A stretch of DNA of 64,000 nt from Marinobacter sp. (GCA_029264995.1 JAJUKC010000004.1:406-64405), one strand, 5' to 3'. Counted from the stretch's first letter, positions 45,747-55,474 are shown. A program made the numbers and translations. The notes: generated by a model from the letters alone, not told the origin.

Positions 45747-45844
45747 AGTTATCCTCCTGATCAGTTCACAGTAAGGGCGAAGTGTGACATTTCAAAGTCT
45801 GCCCGGGCCTGAGACCCACACTTCGGCTTCCGCATTTATACGTA

Positions 45845-46195
45845 TCAGGCGTCAGGATCGACCAATGGCCGGCGATTGGAGCGCTTGTCGTCCCAGTCGA
45901 GTTGCTTGGGGTCGTACCAGCCGAGTCCGTCCAGAACCCGCTGGCGAGTGTATTCAGACAGCGTGGGCCAGAGCTCCTGGAAATCCTCCAGGCCACGGTC
46001 GCGCAGCCGTTGCTGCTTGCCCCGCAGGCGGCTGATGGTTCTGGGCAGGTGCAGGGCCTCGCCCAGCTGGCCTGGCACCAGTACCTCCTGGCCCATTACC
46101 TTGCGACGATGGGTGCGGGCTGCCAGCACCTTCTGCAATTCCAGGGCGGCCTCGAGCGCGCTCTCCACGGTAAAGTTGTCTGCTTCCAACCACAT
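45845..46195 (-). CDS. Hypothetical protein (about 116 aa)
   Basis: Fills the gap, GC-ending codons, protein-like composition; start uncertain (46195 or 46225). Confidence 0.6.
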   Translation of the reverse strand: MWLEADNFTVESALEAALELQKVLAARTHRRKVMGQEVLVPGQLGEALHLPRTISRLRGKQQRLRDRGLEDFQELWPTLSEYTRQRVLDGLGWYDPKQLDWDDKRSNRRPLVDPDA

Positions 46196-46326
46196 AACCT
46201 GTATTGTTGGCTGATCGATAACCAACCACTATAACGCGAACCCTACTACACTGGCCACGCTATCGTGGTAGTCTGCTTTCCCTTATCAGCCCCGATGGGC
46301 ATGTTCTGGACAGGAATTGTTTAACT

Positions 46327-47418
46327 ATGTATGCAAAACTTGAAACACGGACTTTTCTGGCGATGCTGCTTGGTGTGTCGCTTGCGTTCATTCTGCTGAT
46401 GAAGCCGTTCTTTGGCCCCATCTTCTGGGCGGTGGCCATTGCGCTGATTTTCCATCCGGTGCAGCAGTTGCTCGCACGCAGACTGGGCGACCGGCCGACA
46501 TTGAACGCCCTGATCACGCTGTTCGTGTGCATGGTGATCGTGGTGATTCCGGTGCTGGTACTGGGCGCGGCGCTGATCGCGGAAGGGATGGGGATCTACC
46601 AGAAGATCCAGGCCGGGGAGATCCGGCCCGGGGAATACATTGATCAGGTTAACCGGTCGTTTCCGGCCATCCAGGCCTTTCTGGCCCAGTTTGACATAAA
46701 CTTTGCGGATCTGAGGGACCGTGCCGTTAATGCCTTTCTGGGTGGCAGCCAGTTTCTGGCCAAGCAGGCCCTGGGTATCGGGCAGAACACCTTCCAGTTC
46801 TTTTTGGGCCTGGCACTGATGGTTTACCTGGCCTTTTTCCTGATCCGTGATGGCCAGAAACTGATAGAGCTGATGATCCGCGCCTTGCCGCTGGGCGATG
46901 AGCGCGAACGCCTGTTGTTTGCCAAATTCGCGGAAGTCACCCGTGCCACGGTCAAGGGTAACCTGCTGATTGCCATCATTCAGGGTGCGCTCGGGGGCGT
47001 GATCTTCTGGATACTGGGCATTACCGGGGCCTTGCTGTGGGGTGTGGTCATGGCCATCGTCTCATTGCTGCCGGCCGTCGGGGCTGCGATTGTCTGGGTG
47101 CCGGCGGCCATCTATCTGGCTGCCGTAGGGGATATCGTGCCAGCCATCATTCTGACCGCCTACGGGGTGGTGGTCATTGGTCTGGCGGATAATCTGCTCC
47201 GGCCGGTGCTGGTGGGGCGGGATACCAAGATGCCGGACTATCTCGTGCTTTTGTCCACTCTCGGCGGCATTGTTATGTTCGGAATCAATGGTTTTGTGAT
47301 GGGGCCGCTGGTGGCGGCGCTGTTCATGGCATTCTGGGGCATATTCATCCGCGAATTTGGCCAGCATTACCATGCCGATCCGGCAAATCCGGAGAATGGT
47401 CCGGCCCGCGAAGATTAA
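46327..47418 (+). CDS. AI-2E family transporter
   Basis: Multi-TM; IIQG, P-x-x-G-x-x-x-V-W-x-P, DNLLRP and GFVMGP. Confidence 0.92.
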   Translation: MYAKLETRTFLAMLLGVSLAFILLMKPFFGPIFWAVAIALIFHPVQQLLARRLGDRPTLNALITLFVCMVIVVIPVLVLGAALIAEGMGIYQKIQAGEIRPGEYIDQVNRSFPAIQAFLAQFDINFADLRDRAVNAFLGGSQFLAKQALGIGQNTFQFFLGLALMVYLAFFLIRDGQKLIELMIRALPLGDERERLLFAKFAEVTRATVKGNLLIAIIQGALGGVIFWILGITGALLWGVVMAIVSLLPAVGAAIVWVPAAIYLAAVGDIVPAIILTAYGVVVIGLADNLLRPVLVGRDTKMPDYLVLLSTLGGIVMFGINGFVMGPLVAALFMAFWGIFIREFGQHYHADPANPENGPARED

Positions 47419-47525
47419 ATTATGTTATGGTCTAGGAAGCGCTGATACGTAGAGGAAGGCGCCACACTATAAAAACAGAACAGCAGATGTCACAGAGATA
47501 TCCAGGAGTAGATCAGGTGAGAACC

Positions 47526-47936
47526 ATGAAAACAGTCACCCGTCACATCAGCAGGACGGCGCTGGCGGTCGGAACGGTCGCCCTGCTGGGTCTGGCACCC
47601 GTTGCCCAGGCCAATGAAGTGGTCGCGCTCAAGCACGCGCTTTATGGCGCCGGTTACGACATCACCAATGTCAGCCCGAGCATGGATGACAAGACCCGGG
47701 CGGAACTGACCCGCTTCCAGAAGGACAACGGCCTTGAGGCAACCGGTATCCTGAACGAGGAAACCGAGCGAGCTCTGGGGTTGATCACCGTGCAGCAGGC
47801 GGCCGCTGATGCAGGCCAGTCTGCACCGGCCGCAACTGCGCAGGCGGCACCGGCGGAATCGGCTCCGGCTGAGACCGAGTCTTCTGCCGATGACACCATC
47901 GAAGAAGACGAAGATGGTGGCTGGTCGCTCTGGTAA
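47526..47936 (+). CDS. Small exported protein with a peptidoglycan-binding (PG_binding_1-like) domain
   Basis: Signal peptide ending AQA; L...GY...D..T..EL..FQ..NGL..TG..N.ET..AL pattern; Ala-rich and acidic tail. Confidence 0.8.
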   Translation: MKTVTRHISRTALAVGTVALLGLAPVAQANEVVALKHALYGAGYDITNVSPSMDDKTRAELTRFQKDNGLEATGILNEETERALGLITVQQAAADAGQSAPAATAQAAPAESAPAETESSADDTIEEDEDGGWSLW

Positions 47937-47952
47937 ACGCCAGGCCCCGGAT

Positions 47953-47990
47953 AAAAAAGCCCGCCAGGAAAATACCTAGCGGGCTTTTTT
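47953..47990. terminator. Bidirectional terminator
   Basis: AAAAAAGCCCGC...GCGGGCTTTTTT between convergent genes. Confidence 0.88.
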
Positions 47991-48001
47991 GTGGTCCAGA
48001 C

Positions 48002-49837
48002 TCAGTCCAGCTTGCTCAAATCCCGAACCGCACCTTTATCGGCACTGGTGGCCAGCAATGCGTAGGCTTTGAGGGCGGCGGATACCTTCCGGTCCCGCGG
48101 CAGATCCGGTTTCCAGCCCTTGGCGTCGCGTGCTTCCCGGCGCTGTGCCAGTTCTTCATTGCTGACCTGGACATTGATAGAGCGATTGGGGATGTCGATC
48201 AGAATGGTATCGCCATCCTCAATCAGCCCGATCGCGCCACCGGCGGCAGCTTCCGGCGAGGCGTGGCCGATGGAGAGCCCTGAGGTGCCGCCGGAGAAAC
48301 GGCCGTCAGTCAGCAGTGCACAGTCCTTGCCCAGACCTTTGGATTTCAGGTAGCTGGTCGGGTAGAGCATTTCCTGCATTCCTGGACCGCCTTTGGGCCC
48401 TTCGTAGCGAATGATCACCACATCACCGGCTTTGACCTCGTCACCCAGAATGCCCGCTACGGCGGAATCCTGGCTTTCGAAGACCCGGGCCTTGCCCTCG
48501 AAGACGTAGATGCTTTCATCAACGCCCGCGGTTTTCACTACGCAGCCATCCCGGGCGATATTGCCATACAGTACGGCCAGACCGCCTTCTGAAGAATAAG
48601 CGTGTTCCACGGAGCGGATGCAGCCGTTTTCACGGTCGCCATCGAGGCTTGGCCAGCGGGTGCTCTGGCTGAAGGCTGTCTGAGTCGGAATGCCGGCGGG
48701 GCCGGCTTTGTAGAATTCGATCACTTCGGGTGTTGGCGAGCGCATGATGTCCCAGGTTTCCAGGGCTTCGCGCATGGTCTTGCTGTGGGTCGTGGGCAGG
48801 TCGACGTTGATCAGGCCGCCACGCTCCAGTTCACCCAGAATGCCCATGATGCCACCGGCGCGGTGCACGTCTTCCATGTGGTACTTGGGGGAGTTGGGGG
48901 CGACTTTGCAAAGCTGAGGGACCTTGCGCGACAAACGATCGATGTCGGCCATGGAGAATTCAACACCGCCCTCCTGGGCCGCCGCCAGCAGGTGCAGGAT
49001 GGTGTTGGTGGAGCCGCCCATGGCAATGTCCATGGTCATGGCATTCTCGAATGCTTCCACGGAGGCGATGCTGCGCGGCAGAACGCTGGCATCGTTCTGC
49101 TCGTAATAGCGTTTGGCATTCTCCACAATCTGGCGGCCGGCTTTCAGGAACAGCTGTTCCCGGTCGGTGTGGGTGGCCAGCATGGAGCCGTTACCGGGCA
49201 GGGCCAGGCCGATGGCTTCGGTCAGGCAGTTCATGGAATTGGCAGTGAACATGCCGGAGCAGGAACCACAGGTGGGGCAGGCGCTGCGCTCGTATTCTTC
49301 CACCATTTCATCGGTTGCGGTCGGGTCGGCGGCGATGACCATGGCATCCACCAGGTCGAGCTTGTGTTCGGAGAGCTTGGTTTTTCCGGCTTCCATCGGG
49401 CCGCCGGAAACAAAAATGGTGGGAATGTTCAGGCGCATGGCCGCCATCAGCATGCCCGGTGTAATCTTGTCGCAATTGGAGATACACACCAGAGCATCGG
49501 CGCAGTGGGCATTGGCCATATACTCCACTGAATCGGCGATGATTTCCCTGGATGGCAGGGAGTACAGCATGCCGTCGTGCCCCATGGCGATACCGTCATC
49601 CACAGCGATGGTGTTGAATTCTTTGGCAACACCGCCGGCCGCTTCGATCTCGCGGCAAACCAACTGGCCCAGGTCTTTCAGGTGAACGTGCCCGGGCACG
49701 AACTGGGTGAAGGAGTTGGCAACGGCGATGATGGGCTTGCCGAAGTCCTCGTTCTTCATGCCGGTGGCACGCCAAAGGGCGCGGGCACCGGCCATGTTGC
49801 GGCCGGCAGTAGAAGTGTGGGAACGATACTGGGGCAT
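48002..49837 (-). CDS. ilvD: Dihydroxy-acid dehydratase
   Basis: [40 protein letters not shown] and TDGRFSGG. Confidence 0.98.
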   Translation of the reverse strand: MPQYRSHTSTAGRNMAGARALWRATGMKNEDFGKPIIAVANSFTQFVPGHVHLKDLGQLVCREIEAAGGVAKEFNTIAVDDGIAMGHDGMLYSLPSREIIADSVEYMANAHCADALVCISNCDKITPGMLMAAMRLNIPTIFVSGGPMEAGKTKLSEHKLDLVDAMVIAADPTATDEMVEEYERSACPTCGSCSGMFTANSMNCLTEAIGLALPGNGSMLATHTDREQLFLKAGRQIVENAKRYYEQNDASVLPRSIASVEAFENAMTMDIAMGGSTNTILHLLAAAQEGGVEFSMADIDRLSRKVPQLCKVAPNSPKYHMEDVHRAGGIMGILGELERGGLINVDLPTTHSKTMREALETWDIMRSPTPEVIEFYKAGPAGIPTQTAFSQSTRWPSLDGDRENGCIRSVEHAYSSEGGLAVLYGNIARDGCVVKTAGVDESIYVFEGKARVFESQDSAVAGILGDEVKAGDVVIIRYEGPKGGPGMQEMLYPTSYLKSKGLGKDCALLTDGRFSGGTSGLSIGHASPEAAAGGAIGLIEDGDTILIDIPNRSINVQVSNEELAQRREARDAKGWKPDLPRDRKVSAALKAYALLATSADKGAVRDLSKLD

Positions 49838-49990
49838 GGTAGGCGGTTCTCTCCCTAGGTTATCGGATAAAGTGAAAGACCAGAGGATAACAGATTCGGC
49901 GCCGCTCGCATGGCTGTTTTTCCGAGTGGTGATTACAATACGTAACATGTGATGCCCGTTTTTTATCCAGCAGTTCAGGGGAGTCTGCCT

Positions 49991-51244
49991 ATGGGAGGCC
50001 AGGAAAGCCTGCCGTTACGTCGTCTTAAAAATTTTCAGCCGTTGGGCCGTCTGACGGACGATCAGCTTGTGCTGCTGGCCAGCCGGGCCGAGCGCAGAAC
50101 CCACGGACCGGGGCAGAGAGTCATGGAACGGGGCGTTCGGGACGGGCTGGATTATTTTCTGATTTCCGGCGCCGTGGAGCTGCAATCGGTGGATGGTCGT
50201 AAGTCCACCATTGAGGCAGAGACCAACAAAGCCCTCAATCCAGTAGCCCGCCTGCAACCCCGGATGTATGACGTTACCGCGGTCAAACCCTGCGAGTTTC
50301 TGGTGATCGAGCAGGAGGTGCTGAACCAGATGCTGCGGGCGGCGCCCATTTCCCAGGTGGAGATGGATTCGTCGGATGACGACGAAGACCAGAGTGAAGA
50401 ACACCACTTGCTGATGGAGTTCTACTCCGAGCTGCGATCGAATCAGGTCCAGCTGCCGAGTGTGCCGGATGTGGCCTGGAAGGTCCGGCGGGTGGTCGAC
50501 CGGGATGATTCGTCGGCCACTGAGGTTGCTTCCGCGGTGTCGGCGGATCCGGCCATGGCGGCCAAACTGGTGCGCTCCTGCAACAGCCCGCTCTATCGTG
50601 GTTTCAGCGATGTCCGCAATGTGCGTGAGGCGGTGGTTCGGCTGGGGATGCGTACCACCCGGCAGTTGGTGACGGTGTTTGCCATGCGCGAGGTGTTCAA
50701 GACCCGTCGGGCCGCTTTGCAGAAAGAAATGGAGCAGCTATGGCGCCATTCCCGGGAGGTGGCGGCGCTGTGCTGGGTGCTGGCGGATCACGCTACACGC
50801 ATTGACCCTGAAGAAGCGCTGTTGGCGGGGTTGCTGCATGATATCGGGGTGGTTCCCGTGCTCGTGCAGGCCGAGCACCATGTCAATCTGTTTGCCGATG
50901 ACAGAAACCTGCACCATGCCATCGACGAACTCCGCGCCGATGTCGGGTGCGCGGTGCTTGAGAACTGGGCGTTCCCGAAAGCCTTTGTGGAGGCGGTGCG
51001 CCATGCGGAAGACTGGCATCATGAGTGCCGGGAAACCGCGCCTCAGCTGGTTGACGTGGTGATTGTTGCCCAACTGCATTCGATGATTGGCTCCAGCCAG
51101 AATGAGGGGCTTCCCCCCTTTGATCAGGTGCCGGCGTGGCGCCGGCTGGGTGAGCTGGAACTGAATGCTTCCAGAAGCCTGCAACTGCTGAGTGAGGCCC
51201 GGGAGCGGGTGGACGAAGTGCAGAAACTTCTTTCTATTCGATAA
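49991..51244 (+). CDS. Cyclic-nucleotide-binding-like domain fused to an HDOD domain
   Basis: N-terminal CAP-like pattern ([16 protein letters not shown]); HDOD motifs [28 protein letters not shown] and GLLHDIG. Confidence 0.85.
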   Translation: MGGQESLPLRRLKNFQPLGRLTDDQLVLLASRAERRTHGPGQRVMERGVRDGLDYFLISGAVELQSVDGRKSTIEAETNKALNPVARLQPRMYDVTAVKPCEFLVIEQEVLNQMLRAAPISQVEMDSSDDDEDQSEEHHLLMEFYSELRSNQVQLPSVPDVAWKVRRVVDRDDSSATEVASAVSADPAMAAKLVRSCNSPLYRGFSDVRNVREAVVRLGMRTTRQLVTVFAMREVFKTRRAALQKEMEQLWRHSREVAALCWVLADHATRIDPEEALLAGLLHDIGVVPVLVQAEHHVNLFADDRNLHHAIDELRADVGCAVLENWAFPKAFVEAVRHAEDWHHECRETAPQLVDVVIVAQLHSMIGSSQNEGLPPFDQVPAWRRLGELELNASRSLQLLSEARERVDEVQKLLSIR

Positions 51245-51273
51245 ACCAAGCCGCAGCAGGAGCCTGGCCGGTA

Positions 51274-51870
51274 GTGACTGACAAACTTATGAATGTACCG
51301 CTGTTTCCATTAAATTCAATCATCCTGCCCGGGGGGCGTATCCCCCTGCAGCTGTTTGAGCCCCGATATATCGACATGCTCACCCGTTGCCTGAAGGAGG
51401 ATCGCGGCTTTGTGGTGGTTTTGTTGCGGGAGGGCGGCGAGACCGAAGCCCGGGCTTCGTTCTACGACATTGGCACCTACGTGCGGATCATCGATTTCCA
51501 GCAACTGGATAATGGTCTACTGGGTATCACCGTTGAGGGAGATTGCAAGGTGTCCGTCGTCCGCAGCTGGCAGCAGGAGGATGGCCTCAATGTTGGCGAC
51601 GTGGAGTGCCTGATCGCCGAGGCCGAGAGCGATGTGCCGGAACGTTACCATGAGTTGCCCTCGGTCTTGCGGGCCCTGTTCCGGCATCCCGTGGTCAAGG
51701 ATCTGGAAATGGACGTGGATTACCACGATGCCCGCCATATTGGCTGGAGACTGACCGAATTGCTGCCGCTGGATAAGCAGGAAAAACAGCGGCTGGCGGA
51801 ACTGCAGGATCCGCTAGAGCGCCTTGACCGACTGCAACAGTTGCTGGAGGCGCTGGAGCAGGGAGGCTGA
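51274..51870 (+). CDS. Stand-alone LON peptidase substrate-binding domain protein
   Basis: PLFPL..ILPG..PLQLFEPRY..M and EKQRL; no AAA+ or protease domain. Confidence 0.9.
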   Translation: MTDKLMNVPLFPLNSIILPGGRIPLQLFEPRYIDMLTRCLKEDRGFVVVLLREGGETEARASFYDIGTYVRIIDFQQLDNGLLGITVEGDCKVSVVRSWQQEDGLNVGDVECLIAEAESDVPERYHELPSVLRALFRHPVVKDLEMDVDYHDARHIGWRLTELLPLDKQEKQRLAELQDPLERLDRLQQLLEALEQGG

Positions 51871-51872
51871 TG

Positions 51873-53324
51873 TTAGGGCTGGGGTGCGTAACTCACCATG
51901 GCGGTCTCCCAGTTCCCCATTATGTACATGGCCACGAATGCCAGCCAACCGACACCGGCAGCCCAGGTCAAGCTGTCCGGGCTCAGCGCCACCCTGTCAT
52001 ACCGGCTGTAACTGGCCCGCGTCGCTCCGGTGATCGCGAGCCCCAGGAACAAGCCGCCAAGTACATCCGTGAACCAGTGCACGCCAAGATAAAGCCGGCT
52101 CAGGGCCACTGGCAACAAGGGCAGTGACAGAAACAGGTAATGCTGCCAGCGCTGGTGTTTGCGGTTTTCGCCGGCGACGAAGCTGGCTGCCAGGGTAACC
52201 AGAACGGTCATACCGGCCGTATGCCCGCTGGGGTAAGCGCCGGAGCTTGGTGCCGAGAGCACCTGATCTGGCCGGCTGATGCCGATACCTGCTTTCAGCA
52301 GCCAGACACTGATCGCGGTGATGGCTGCGGCACTGGCAATATGAATAGCCGCTGCGTAGTAGCCCCTGAATGCCAGTAAAAGAACGGTCAGTACGGCGGC
52401 GGCGAACAGGACCGGGGGATCCCCCAGCAGGGTGAACGCCACCATGGGAAAATCCAGAAGGGGTTGGCGGAGAGCACTGAACCACTGCAGGACTTGCTGG
52501 TTCATAAAGGCCAGTTCATCACTCACCCCGACCAACTGCGCCAGCCCCAGAAACAACGCGAGGGAGGTGGCTGTCAGTAGCAGCGACGGCAGAGGAAACT
52601 CCCCCTGCTGAGCCGGCCGTTCACTGCTGTACAGGCGCCAGAACCGGTGCGTAGCATCGTATCGACTCATCCGGGATTCCAGCCACTGGTAGAGCCAGCT
52701 TCCCTCACCAACACCGAGCCGAACCCGCAATACAATCAGATAGACTATCACCAGCGCGGCACCGCTGACCGCAAGCACCAGATAGAAGTGGGGCGGGGGT
52801 TTGATCTCGCTGCCCAAGGCCGAACCTACGAAAAATCCCGGCAGGATATAAACCAGGGCCCAGCCCACGGCTGATAGCAGGTTAAAGGTGAGAAAGCGCT
52901 GCCAGGACATGGTCAGCGCGCCGGCAATCAGTGGAATCACCGGGCGTATCGGACCAACGAACCGGCCGATGACCACGCTTTTGCCCCCGTGGGCGCGAAA
53001 GAAGTTCTCGCCACGGGCAATGAGGCTGGGGTATCGGTTAAATGGCCAGACCGTATCCAGGCGCCCTTTGAACAGGCGACCGATGGCGAAGCTGATGGCG
53101 TCCCCGACCACGGCGCCAAGGCCGGCCCACAGCAGGGCCTCGGACAGGGGCAGGCCGCTCTTGCCGGCGAGGGCAGCGAATGCAAACAGCAAAGCCACTC
53201 CGGGCACGATGATGCCAGCAATGGCCAGCGACTCTATTAGCGCGGTCAGGAACAGGGCGGCAATCAGCCAGCCCGGATTGACGGCTACCCAGGAGGTAAC
53301 GTCGGTGAGCCAGGTCGCGGTCAT
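51873..53324 (-). CDS. Bifunctional DedA / PAP2 phosphatase membrane protein
   Basis: DedA motifs ES..G..VPG, GD..SF..G and GRFVGPIR; PAP2 motifs K-x6-RP, PSGH and SR-x5-H-x3-D are all intact. Confidence 0.92.
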   Translation of the reverse strand: MTATWLTDVTSWVAVNPGWLIAALFLTALIESLAIAGIIVPGVALLFAFAALAGKSGLPLSEALLWAGLGAVVGDAISFAIGRLFKGRLDTVWPFNRYPSLIARGENFFRAHGGKSVVIGRFVGPIRPVIPLIAGALTMSWQRFLTFNLLSAVGWALVYILPGFFVGSALGSEIKPPPHFYLVLAVSGAALVIVYLIVLRVRLGVGEGSWLYQWLESRMSRYDATHRFWRLYSSERPAQQGEFPLPSLLLTATSLALFLGLAQLVGVSDELAFMNQQVLQWFSALRQPLLDFPMVAFTLLGDPPVLFAAAVLTVLLLAFRGYYAAAIHIASAAAITAISVWLLKAGIGISRPDQVLSAPSSGAYPSGHTAGMTVLVTLAASFVAGENRKHQRWQHYLFLSLPLLPVALSRLYLGVHWFTDVLGGLFLGLAITGATRASYSRYDRVALSPDSLTWAAGVGWLAFVAMYIMGNWETAMVSYAPQP

Positions 53325-54319
53325 GCCTTGACGGGCTCTCCCGGGCTGAACCAGGCGGAATCTGCGCCCCGCTTCCGGGCTTCTACCATGGCGGTTACGG
53401 CGCGGTCACGCAGTGAATGGGTGCTGGTGTCGCCGTTGCCCCGGGTGGTGCAGCCGAGACTGACGGAGATCTTGCCAACCTGGGGCCAGTCATGTTCGCT
53501 GAGGGTTCTGCGAATGCGCTCTGCGATGACCCGGACCCCTTCCTCCGGCGTAAACGGCAGGATCAGGAAAAACTCGGAGCCATTGATGCTGTAGAGTGAG
53601 TCCCCGGCCCGGATGATTTCAAACAGAGTGCCGGTGACGTCGCGTAGCAGCGTCTGCAAACCGGCCTTGCCGTGCAGGTCACGAATTTCGTCGGCATGTT
53701 CTATGTTCAGGCTGATCACCGACAATGGATGGCCGGTGGCAATGGCGCGACTGATTTCCTTCTGCAGTGTCTCGTCCAGAAAACGGGCGTTATGGGCTCC
53801 GGTGGCGGGGTCGGTAATGGCGAGGTCCTGGGCTGATTGCGCCATATGGTCGTAGTGCCAGATATACAGGGCAGTCACCGCCAGTAATGCCAGCAGGCCG
53901 GCTGTCGTCAACAGGGCAGTGTCTACGGGTGCTGATAGCCAGGTGACAATCAGCACCGGCACCAGCAGCATTCCCGAGAGCATCAGTCCATGCCGCAGGG
54001 GCAGAATCAACAGGTTCAGCGATAACAAAGGCATGGCCCAGTGACTTATACCGGGGGCATCCATGGTCAGTACCGCGGCAACCAGGCCACTGTTGAGGCC
54101 GGCCAGAATGACCAGGTGACCGGGTGCGGAAAGTTGCTGGCGGCGGCACAGCCAGGTATAGACCAGGCCGGCAACCAGCAGGGCGGTCATGGCCAGGGCC
54201 AGATAGAACAGCTGGTAGAAGCCGTAGCGCAGGTTCTGCATCGCCAGCGCCGCGGTGAACAGCGCTGCCAGGCCGTAGCCAATGGCGTGGGTCCAGGTTC
54301 GGAGGCGGGTCTCGGTCAT
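53321..54319 (-). CDS. Membrane-anchored degenerate GGDEF-domain protein (NGSEF; RxxD kept)
   Basis: About 5-6 TM helices, then TDPATGAHN, RAGD-SLYSI-NGSEF, AERIR, VSLG and AM.EARKRG. Confidence 0.85.
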   Translation of the reverse strand: MTETRLRTWTHAIGYGLAALFTAALAMQNLRYGFYQLFYLALAMTALLVAGLVYTWLCRRQQLSAPGHLVILAGLNSGLVAAVLTMDAPGISHWAMPLLSLNLLILPLRHGLMLSGMLLVPVLIVTWLSAPVDTALLTTAGLLALLAVTALYIWHYDHMAQSAQDLAITDPATGAHNARFLDETLQKEISRAIATGHPLSVISLNIEHADEIRDLHGKAGLQTLLRDVTGTLFEIIRAGDSLYSINGSEFFLILPFTPEEGVRVIAERIRRTLSEHDWPQVGKISVSLGCTTRGNGDTSTHSLRDRAVTAMVEARKRGADSAWFSPGEPVKA

Positions 54320-55338
54320 CGCGCTGCCTCCCGGCCGGTAGGCTCGTTAGCCCCATTGGCCTCCGGGGGTACCGGGTTGCTGTAGGTCTGGGTTCGGTTG
54401 CCTCCCTGCTGCTGAGCGCGCCGAAGGGCGTTGGCAACGCTCTGTTGCAGGCTGTCGGCATCGTCGCCTATGTTGAGCCCGGCCACGCCGGTACTGACTG
54501 TAAGCTTCAGACCGTGAGAATCCATCAACGTGCACAGGCCGCGGCGAACCTGTTCTGCGGTGCGGGCCGCCTCGGCGGTATTGGCGCCCGGGAGAATCAC
54601 CAGAAACTGCAGATCAGCCACCCGGTAGTAGGTGTCGAAATCCCGGAGCTGGGAGTGCAGGTAGCGACCGATGCGCGGCAGAATCGCGCGAATGTCTTCA
54701 TCCGGATCGACGTCGCTCAGGTGAGTATCCAGCCCGATCATCATCACCGACATGTTGGTGCCTTCCCGCTCGCTGCGTTGTATCTCCTTGTGCAGGTCTG
54801 CTGACAGATATTCCCGGCTGGCGGCCTGGGTGAGTTCATCGGTACGGCGTAAGGGGGCAAGCTGCCGGGATTTGTACTCGCGCATGAACACCAGAATGGC
54901 GCCCAGGAGCGTGGTCAGTACCAGCGCAGTCATCATCTGGTGCCGGTCCGGAAGGGCTACTGCCCATTGGGTTCCGGCCAGCACCAGGAAAATGAAGGTG
55001 ACGGTGACAAGGGCGGCCAGATAGACCGGCGCCATGGCAAACAGCACCAGCGGCAGGGCATAGAGCCAGTGGGAGAGTGGCCAGGGGCCAAGCCAGATGG
55101 CCGATACCAGAGCCAGCACCAGAGCAATCAGAAAAAATGCCCGCAATTGCGGCCAGGGGGCATTTTGATGCCCTTTGCCCTGATGGGTGCCCGCCAGGCA
55201 AAGACCTGCTGCAGCTGCGGCCGCCACTGCCGCCAGCAGTTCCCCCATGAACAGACAAAGCCCGGAGGTCAGGCCAAAGGCAATAAACCCGCTGCGGGAA
55301 AACTTGCCGGGAAGAAATTTTTCGGCGGTTTGGGGCAT
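54316..55338 (-). CDS. Membrane-anchored degenerate GGDEF-domain protein (ADLQF; RxxD kept)
   Basis: About 5-6 TM helices, then TDELT, RDFD-TYYRV-ADLQF, TVSTGVA and ALRRAQQQGGNR. Confidence 0.82.
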   Translation of the reverse strand: MPQTAEKFLPGKFSRSGFIAFGLTSGLCLFMGELLAAVAAAAAAGLCLAGTHQGKGHQNAPWPQLRAFFLIALVLALVSAIWLGPWPLSHWLYALPLVLFAMAPVYLAALVTVTFIFLVLAGTQWAVALPDRHQMMTALVLTTLLGAILVFMREYKSRQLAPLRRTDELTQAASREYLSADLHKEIQRSEREGTNMSVMMIGLDTHLSDVDPDEDIRAILPRIGRYLHSQLRDFDTYYRVADLQFLVILPGANTAEAARTAEQVRRGLCTLMDSHGLKLTVSTGVAGLNIGDDADSLQQSVANALRRAQQQGGNRTQTYSNPVPPEANGANEPTGREAAR

Positions 55339-55474
55339 TGAGTCTGTCCTTTGCTGGCGCATCCATTTGAACCTGTGCAGCGCTATAATAGTCGTTTGGG
55401 GTGCGGACTTGAAACGGGAAAGGTAAAGTAACCCTCCCGTTTTGGAATCAGCTTGCAGAATTAAGGGTAAATCA

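Noticed and set aside
43500-48000. Accessory block as a genomic island or mobile element
   Set aside because: No integrase, transposase, tRNA target or flanking repeats, and the composition looks like the flanks.
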